Source: an uncultured Nitrososphaerota archaeon
Lineage (GTDB): Archaea; Thermoproteota; Methanomethylicia; Methanomethylicales; Methanomethylicaceae
Reading direction: 5' to 3'
Length of the DNA: 50,054 bases
Assembly (NCBI GenBank): GCA_964513415.1
Contig: CAZEMX010000004.1
Coordinates: forward strand, 1 to 50,054
The notes under the pieces were generated by a model. The model ran no database searches. It was given only the letters and a program-made list of their open reading frames with translations, and was not told the origin of the DNA. This document shows, piece after piece, positions 44,544-50,054 of the stretch. How positions within the stretch are numbered: position 1 is the stretch's first letter; every line of letters starts with the position of its first letter. The translations under genes were made by a program, and so were the position numbers.

Positions 44544-45113
44544 GTGTCGTCAAAGGTTTTTAATCCCGGACCGTTGGGCCTAGCAGCATTCGCCATGACA
44601 ACCACTGTGCTATCGTTATACAACCTAGGTGCGCTTGCAGGGCTCGGAAAGAGCATGGTCATACCCCTGGCATTCGCTTACGGCGGGCTCATCCAGATCC
44701 TCGTAGGAATGTGGGAGGCCAAGGCAGGCAATACGTTTGGCTTCACCGCGTTCACATCGTACGGGGCATTCTGGTGGTATTATGCACTGGTCGGCACATT
44801 AGCCGCAATGGGCATAGTGACCGTCGACGCGGTGACTGCCGGCGTAGCGCTCATGCTTTGGGGGTTCCTCACATTCTACCTCTGGATTGCGTCGCTGAAG
44901 GCTAACAAAGCAACGAACCTAGTCTTCCTATTCCTCTTCATAACATTCTTCATACTAGGCATTGGAGACATCTCGGGCGTTGTTGCTGTAACGAGTGTGG
45001 GAGGGTTGATGGGCATAGTGACCGCCGCCACCGCTTGGTATGTGTCGGCGGCTGTCGTAATCAACGACGGCCTTGGGAAGCAGGCCCTGCCACTCGGCAA
45101 ACCGTTCAAGTAG
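44544..45113 (+). CDS. satP: GPR1/FUN34/YaaH-family acetate/succinate channel
   Basis: NPGPLGLAAFAMTT (NPAPLGL signature), SYGAFWWYY, six TM segments. GTG start. Confidence 0.85.
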   Translation: MSSKVFNPGPLGLAAFAMTTTVLSLYNLGALAGLGKSMVIPLAFAYGGLIQILVGMWEAKAGNTFGFTAFTSYGAFWWYYALVGTLAAMGIVTVDAVTAGVALMLWGFLTFYLWIASLKANKATNLVFLFLFITFFILGIGDISGVVAVTSVGGLMGIVTAATAWYVSAAVVINDGLGKQALPLGKPFK

Positions 45114-45121
45114 AGAATGAA

Positions 45122-45148
45122 GGGGGATCGCCCCCGTCCACTTTTTTT
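45122..45148 (+). terminator. GC hairpin plus T7 run after satP
   Basis: GGGGG-atcg-CCCCC (45122-45135), then TTTTTTT at 45142-45148. A second hairpin, ACTCCC-gatggct-GGGAGT, lies at 45154-45171. Confidence 0.55.
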
Positions 45149-45232
45149 ATTCGACTCCCGATGGCTGGGAGTGATAGGCATCTATAAATTGAAGGTCCAT
45201 TTTAGCCATGCATTGCCGGAGAGTTGCTTTAG

Positions 45233-46555
45233 ATGGAGCCCCTCCAGATAGCATCGTTGATCATATTGGTTGGAACGGTGGGCGCCATCATATGGGGGAA
45301 GGTCGACAGGGCAGCGGTTGCGATATTCGGAGCCGTCCTGATGATCCTTGTCGGGGCAATTACGGAGTATGATGCGTTCAGCCTCGTCGACTGGAATGTC
45401 ATAATCCTCATAATAAGCATGTGGATACTGGCAGGGTACTTCGGCAAGACGGGCATCCCGGAGGTCTTGGCGCACAAGGCAGTGGGATGGTCGAGAGGGT
45501 CAGTCAGCACTTTCATGATACTGCTTGGGGGCATGGCAGGCCTGGTGTCCCTCTTCGTTGATAACATACTGGTCATATTGATATTCGCTCCAGTGGCCCT
45601 GCACATCACGCGGCTGATGAAGACTGACCCCATACCGTTCGTCATATTTATTGGCCTCTGCGCCAACTTCACGGGGTCAGCCCTTCTGATAGGCGATCTT
45701 CCGCCGCAGATGTTGCACAGCGTCTCCGGAATTGAGTTCCTAGGGTTCATATGGAGCGATGGGAGACCGTCATCGTTCATCATACTCATGGTCACTTTTG
45801 CAGTCCTGCTGGCGCTCTTCAAGGTGAGGTTTGACAGGACTTTCAAGAAAGATGCTAAGGCGAGGGATGCCTTCGCGCTCATAGGTCCGGAGGGCGGCGC
45901 CTATTTGAAGGACAGGAAGGCCGCAGCGATAGTGGTGGCGTTCTTCGTCGGAACCATCATCGCGCTATCATTGAGGCAGTATATAGGGCTCCAGCTGGGG
46001 GCGATCGCCCTTATCGGAGCCGCTTCGCTCGTGCTAGTGATGGAAGCCCTCGGTGACAGGGTAAAGCGACCATCCTTCGAAGAGACGCTCACGTCTCTCG
46101 ATTGGAGGTCCGTGCTCTTCTACATAGCGCTCTTCGTGCTCATCGGGAGCATAGAGAGGCAAGGCCTTATCGAGATGGCGGCCGATGCGCTCGCCCCCGC
46201 GCTCGTGTCCAGCGAAGCGATAGGCGTCTCGGTAGTATACTGGGCAACAGTCCCGGTTGTAGGGGTCCTGGAGCACGATGCCTACATACTCGCATTCCTC
46301 TACCTGATAAGGGATTTGGCGGCACAGGGAGCGATAAACCCATGGCCGTACTGGTGGTCTATACTCTGGGCAGGAACGCTGGGCAGTAATCTGACCGTGG
46401 CAGGGGCGCCGGCCTTGCTGGCGGCACTGAACCTATGCGAGAAGGAGGGGTGCAAGGTCCACCTGAGGCGCTTCCTGGGCTTGAGCCTGCCCTTCGTCCT
46501 CATATCGGTCGCAGTATGCTATCTCCTCATGACGATATTCTGGGTCCTGATCTGA
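45233..46555 (+). CDS. ArsB/NhaD-superfamily (CitMHS / SLC13-like) ion permease
   Basis: 440-aa polytopic protein. The N-terminal pattern (AVAIFGAVLMILVGAI...DWNVIILIISMWILAGYFGKTGI) is typical of the ArsB/NhaD permease fold. Substrate unknown. Confidence 0.7.
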   Translation: MEPLQIASLIILVGTVGAIIWGKVDRAAVAIFGAVLMILVGAITEYDAFSLVDWNVIILIISMWILAGYFGKTGIPEVLAHKAVGWSRGSVSTFMILLGGMAGLVSLFVDNILVILIFAPVALHITRLMKTDPIPFVIFIGLCANFTGSALLIGDLPPQMLHSVSGIEFLGFIWSDGRPSSFIILMVTFAVLLALFKVRFDRTFKKDAKARDAFALIGPEGGAYLKDRKAAAIVVAFFVGTIIALSLRQYIGLQLGAIALIGAASLVLVMEALGDRVKRPSFEETLTSLDWRSVLFYIALFVLIGSIERQGLIEMAADALAPALVSSEAIGVSVVYWATVPVVGVLEHDAYILAFLYLIRDLAAQGAINPWPYWWSILWAGTLGSNLTVAGAPALLAALNLCEKEGCKVHLRRFLGLSLPFVLISVAVCYLLMTIFWVLI

Positions 46556-46743
46556 TCCTTAAGACATCACCTATCTTCCTCCTTGGAATGTGGTTATAAT
46601 TCGATTCAGGGCTGCCTCAAGATGAGGGTTCGCAAGGAGGCAGTTATGGTGAAATATATTGGTGGTCCAATATAGGGAATCAATATATATTAGATTCAAA
46701 TAGTATATATAGTAGAAAATACAGTATATACGAAGGCAGGGGG

Positions 46744-47772
46744 ATGCCTACGGGCACTAGGAAAGTCCAGAAGGTAGGGAAGTCCACATTCACGGTATCG
46801 CTTCCGCAGGAATGGGTAAAGAAGAACAGGGTGCAGGCCCAGACAGAGGTCGACATACAGACCCTTTCAGACGGCAACCTGAAGATAGCGACGATGGACA
46901 ACGCCAAGGGCGTCTCCCAGAACAGGGAGATAACAATAGTTACGAAGGAGTCTGACGCCGGCTATCTTGTTCGCGAGGCACTTGCCGCATATATAGCCAA
47001 TTATGACATAATCAAGCTCGATCTGACAGGACTCACGCTGGATCCCACGGCACGAAATAAGATCAGGCGCATGATCAAGTACAAGATGGCAGGAGGGGAG
47101 ATCATTGAGGAGTCGGTCAATTACATCACGATCCAAATCCTCCTCAGGCCCTACGAGTTCCCGTTGGACAAGCTGCTCATGCGAATGGCGACGATGGTCA
47201 AGGATATGCTCGCTGACATATCTAAGGCAATAGACCGGAAGGACAAAGACATCCTCAGGGATGTAATGGAAAGGGACGAGGACGTCGACAAGCTTTACTT
47301 CATGGGCAGCAGATGGCTGACGAACATAATGTCCGACATGAGCTCTCTCAAGGATTACGGCGTCAGGGACCTGAAGGACTGCCTCGAGTACAAGCTGGCA
47401 TTCAGGCATATAGAGAGGGTTGCGGACCACGTCTACAGGATAGCAAGCAAGTTCATGGAGGTCATCGACGGCATCGATTCGGATCTCGCGACTACGATCG
47501 TCAGCAATATCGAGATCGCAGGAAACGTCTTCATAAGATCGGTCAATTGCCTGCAGAATGGGAGCCTCACCGAGGCGAACAAGGCGATTCATGATGCAAG
47601 GAAGGCAAGCGTCGGCGCGGAGGAGCTGATGAGGCGCGTCATCGACCAAGACCTCCATACTAAGGTCATCGGCGCCATGATAATCGTCATAGATTCGACC
47701 CGCAGGATTGCAGAGTACGGGATAGGAATTGCGGAGCTTGCGTTCAACATCCACGTCTCGGCAGAGATGTGA
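46744..47772 (+). CDS. AbrB/SpoVT-domain plus tandem PhoU-domain regulator
   Basis: N-terminus RKVQKVGKSTFTVSLPQEWVKKNRV (SpoVT-AbrB swapped hairpin). Two PhoU-like helical repeats follow (ERDEDVDKLY..., HIERVADHVYRIA, TRRIAEYGIGIAE). Confidence 0.8.
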   Translation: MPTGTRKVQKVGKSTFTVSLPQEWVKKNRVQAQTEVDIQTLSDGNLKIATMDNAKGVSQNREITIVTKESDAGYLVREALAAYIANYDIIKLDLTGLTLDPTARNKIRRMIKYKMAGGEIIEESVNYITIQILLRPYEFPLDKLLMRMATMVKDMLADISKAIDRKDKDILRDVMERDEDVDKLYFMGSRWLTNIMSDMSSLKDYGVRDLKDCLEYKLAFRHIERVADHVYRIASKFMEVIDGIDSDLATTIVSNIEIAGNVFIRSVNCLQNGSLTEANKAIHDARKASVGAEELMRRVIDQDLHTKVIGAMIIVIDSTRRIAEYGIGIAELAFNIHVSAEM

Positions 47773-47808
47773 CGGCGGCCGGCAGGCAAGTTGTTCGGTG
47801 GCGCCCTT

Positions 47809-48969
47809 TCAAAGCATGCTAGGCAGGACATGCTCGATCCGGCGCATGGCTTCCTCGAGCTTCTCCGAGGCGACGGTGTATGCTATCCGAACGTGCCCCT
47901 TGCCTGCTTCCCCGAATGACGAGCCCGGAACGACAGCCACGTGCGCCTTCTCGAGAATCTGCTCGCAGAACCGCAGATCGTCCATGCCGCCAATTCCCGG
48001 GAAGATGTAGAAGGCGCCCCCTGGTTTTGAAACGCTGAACTCACGAATGTCCCTAAGGAGGGAGTGGATCCGATCCCGGCGCTTCTGGTACTCAAGGCGC
48101 ATAGACTCGGCGGCCTTCCTGCTCCGGGGATCGCCCAGAGCCCTTGCGGCGGCATACTGCGCAAATGCAACAGGGCACGCGTCTAGATACATCTGCAACT
48201 TGATCATCTTCTCGATGGCGGTGGGGTCAGCAACGACATAGCCGAGCCGCCAGCCGGTCATTGCATATGCCTTGGAGAAGCTGTTGATTGTGATAGTACT
48301 ATCTGCCATCCCCTCAAGTGAGGCGATGCTCACGTGGGCGTTTCCGTCATAGACAAGCGCCTCGTAGACCTCATCAGAGATCACCCTCAAGCGGTGCTCC
48401 ACGGCAACTGTGGCGATCTCCTCAAGTTGCTTCCTAGATAAGACCGCCCCGGTCGGGTTGTTTGGAGAGTTGAGGAGTATGCAGCGAGTCTTCTTGGTCA
48501 CTGCGCGGCTGAGCGACTCGGAGCTGATCGAGAAGCCGCAGCTCTCGTCTGTAGCCACCTCGACGGCGCTTCCACCGGCTATCGTGACGGCGGCCTTGTG
48601 GGTCACGAAGCAAGGCGACGGAATGAGGACCTCCTCGCCTGCTCTCAGGAACGCTGCCAGCGCGAGGGTTATTGCCTGGTTCGCGCCGACGGTGACCATG
48701 ATGTTGCGGTCAGGATCGGCATCGATCGAGTTCTCCGACCGCAGCTTGCCTGCCAGCGCGTCCCTCAGCATCTGCAGACCGGAGTTGGGGGTGTAGTGCG
48801 TATAGCCGAGGTCGAGCGCCTCCTTCGCATATTCCCGGATGTGCAGAGGCGTGTCGAAGTCCGGCTCACCGATCCCCAGCGAGATAGCGTCAGGGTAGCG
48901 GCTGGCAAGCTCGAAGAGGCGGCGTATGCCCGATGGAGGCACATGGTCGAGGCGTTCTGAAAGCGACAT
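47809..48969 (-). CDS. Class I/II pyridoxal-phosphate aminotransferase (aspartate aminotransferase-like)
   Basis: NSFSKAYAMTGWRLGY (PLP Lys motif), NSPNNPTG, and a GEPDF-type N-terminus (GIGEPDFDTP). Confidence 0.9.
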   Translation of the reverse strand: MSLSERLDHVPPSGIRRLFELASRYPDAISLGIGEPDFDTPLHIREYAKEALDLGYTHYTPNSGLQMLRDALAGKLRSENSIDADPDRNIMVTVGANQAITLALAAFLRAGEEVLIPSPCFVTHKAAVTIAGGSAVEVATDESCGFSISSESLSRAVTKKTRCILLNSPNNPTGAVLSRKQLEEIATVAVEHRLRVISDEVYEALVYDGNAHVSIASLEGMADSTITINSFSKAYAMTGWRLGYVVADPTAIEKMIKLQMYLDACPVAFAQYAAARALGDPRSRKAAESMRLEYQKRRDRIHSLLRDIREFSVSKPGGAFYIFPGIGGMDDLRFCEQILEKAHVAVVPGSSFGEAGKGHVRIAYTVASEKLEEAMRRIEHVLPSML

Positions 48970-49056
48970 TCGTTGACACCAAGCAAGATTGAGATTTGGC
49001 GTAGGGATCCTTAAAAGGATGACCTTGCCGCCTGACCGCCTGACCGCCCCCTTCTG

Positions 49057-50054
49057 TCAGAGGTATTCGAATTCACCATAGCCTGTCTTCAGCTTGACCG
49101 CGTTGCCGCCTTGGCGCCTTTCGCACCTGCCTATCACCTGGGCGCCGACGCCGAACTTGTCTGCGGCGTTCAAGACTGCCTCGACGTCCCCCTTTCCCAC
49201 CACGACCTCTAATCCGACGCCCATGTTGAAGTTGCGGCACATCTGCCGCGGGGACTCGCCGCTCTCGGCCATGATCAGCTTGAAGATCGGATCAGGCTCG
49301 GGGAGGCTGTCCTTGACGTAGAGGGTTCCCTTGCCGAGCTTGATGCACTTCGTGAGACCTCCGCCGGTGTTGTGCACCATCGCCTTCACGTCGGCTTGCC
49401 TGAGTATCTCAAGGGCGATGGGGAGGAATATGCGCGTCGGCGATGTGATCGCCTCGCCTACAGTCATGCCCAAATCGTCGACGTAATCATCAACACGGAA
49501 GCGCCCGTAATACCCCTTGATGCCGGGATCGCTTATCTCAGGGTACTTCTTGAGGTGCTCATTAGAGAGGAGTGCGTGCCTCGCCAGGCTTATCCCGTTG
49601 CACATCATGCCGCTGTTAGGGCGTTCTTCGTAGGAGCACTTCCCGCCGCTCCTGATGCCTACGATTGCGTCGCCGGGGGAGATCCGGTCGCCGGTTACTG
49701 CCTGCTCCAGCGCTACCCTTGCAAAGACCGTGCCGGATACGTCCAGCGTCCTTATCACATCCGGGAGGTCCGCGGTCTCGCCTCCACCGAAGAGCATCTG
49801 CGATCCGTGCCTCTTAAGCATTGACAGTGATTTCGCAAAGCCCTTGGCCAAGGAGTTGAGCAGTGGCACCTTGTCTACCTTAAGAGCGTTGAGCGCAACA
49901 TAGTCAGAGAATACCTCCGGGATGCCGCCCACGCAGATGACATCGTCGACATTCATCGCGATGACGTCGGCGGCGAGGGGCTCAAAACACGCAGGGTCTC
50001 CGACCTCCTTGTAGAGGAGGTAGGACACTATTGGCTTGCTACCTGCCCCGTCCT
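49057..50054 (-). CDS. purM: AIR synthetase, N-terminus beyond the window edge
   Basis: The reading frame stays open upstream of the track's GTG at 50028. It reads ..DGAGSKPIVSYLLYKEV, which includes the PurM DG[VA]G[TS]K motif. GGGETADLP lies downstream. Confidence 0.85.
   Translation of the reverse strand, partial: DGAGSKPIVSYLLYKEVGDPACFEPLAADVIAMNVDDVICVGGIPEVFSDYVALNALKVDKVPLLNSLAKGFAKSLSMLKRHGSQMLFGGGETADLPDVIRTLDVSGTVFARVALEQAVTGDRISPGDAIVGIRSGGKCSYEERPNSGMMCNGISLARHALLSNEHLKKYPEISDPGIKGYYGRFRVDDYVDDLGMTVGEAITSPTRIFLPIALEILRQADVKAMVHNTGGGLTKCIKLGKGTLYVKDSLPEPDPIFKLIMAESGESPRQMCRNFNMGVGLEVVVGKGDVEAVLNAADKFGVGAQVIGRCERRQGGNAVKLKTGYGEFEYL

Noticed and set aside
49027-49046. Short direct repeat CCTGACCG-CCTGACCG downstream of the purM stop
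   Set aside because: There are only two 8-nt units, so it is too short for a CRISPR or other meaningful array and is probably slippage or chance. I saw no CRISPR-like repeat-spacer pattern anywhere in the window.
1-50054. Search for tRNA, rRNA, RNase P or SRP RNA, C/D-box sRNAs, riboswitches, transposases, integrases and known defence genes
   Set aside because: I inspected the intergenic regions by eye and recognised no cloverleaf-type or conserved RNA signatures. No ORF shows DDE, tyrosine-recombinase, Cas or restriction-enzyme motifs. A by-eye scan cannot exclude small RNAs, and Infernal or tRNAscan would be decisive.

Overview
This is an archaeal chromosomal window of roughly 58-60% GC. 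The evidence is archaeal class-III (prepilin) signal peptides, FlaI/FlaJ-type pilus genes, an Nre repair factor, a UPF0282-like MBL protein, ADP-forming acetyl-CoA synthetase, and AT-rich TATA boxes about 25-30 nt upstream of start codons. I guess a Thermoplasmatota-like lineage, but that is unverified. No similarity search was possible, so every family call rests on motifs I could read in the translations.

Gene content, left to right:
- a PKD-repeat surface protein running off the left edge and absent from the ORF track
- a four-gene sulfhydrogenase-like [NiFe] hydrogenase operon followed by a thioredoxin-like gene
- an MFS transporter
- a six-gene type IV pilus-like operon with four pilin-like genes, one of them very large
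- a translationally coupled nre / radical-SAM pair, divergent from an MBL-fold gene
- a small YHS ORF plus a CopA copper ATPase
- a low-GC tandem cassette duplication next to an lrp gene
- a second low-GC islet with two membrane proteins
- acdA, a radical-SAM gene and an EamA transporter
- a znuABC-like operon ending in nikR
- a HAD hydrolase
- a purine operon, purC-purF-purF'-purD-purT-like-purE-purS-purL-purQ
- an M32 carboxypeptidase, an acetate channel, an ArsB/NhaD-type permease, an AbrB-PhoU regulator and an aminotransferase
- purM, running off the right edge

I recognised no rRNA, tRNA, CRISPR array, transposase or integrase.

The observations most worth follow-up are the pilus locus with its 573-aa pilin-like protein, the nre / radical-SAM / MBL cluster, the mosaic cassette duplication, and the glutaminase-dead PurF paralogue. 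I did not find one clear-cut novel system.

The ORF track uses ATG, GTG and TTG starts and extends each ORF to the most upstream one, so several starts are trimmed here.
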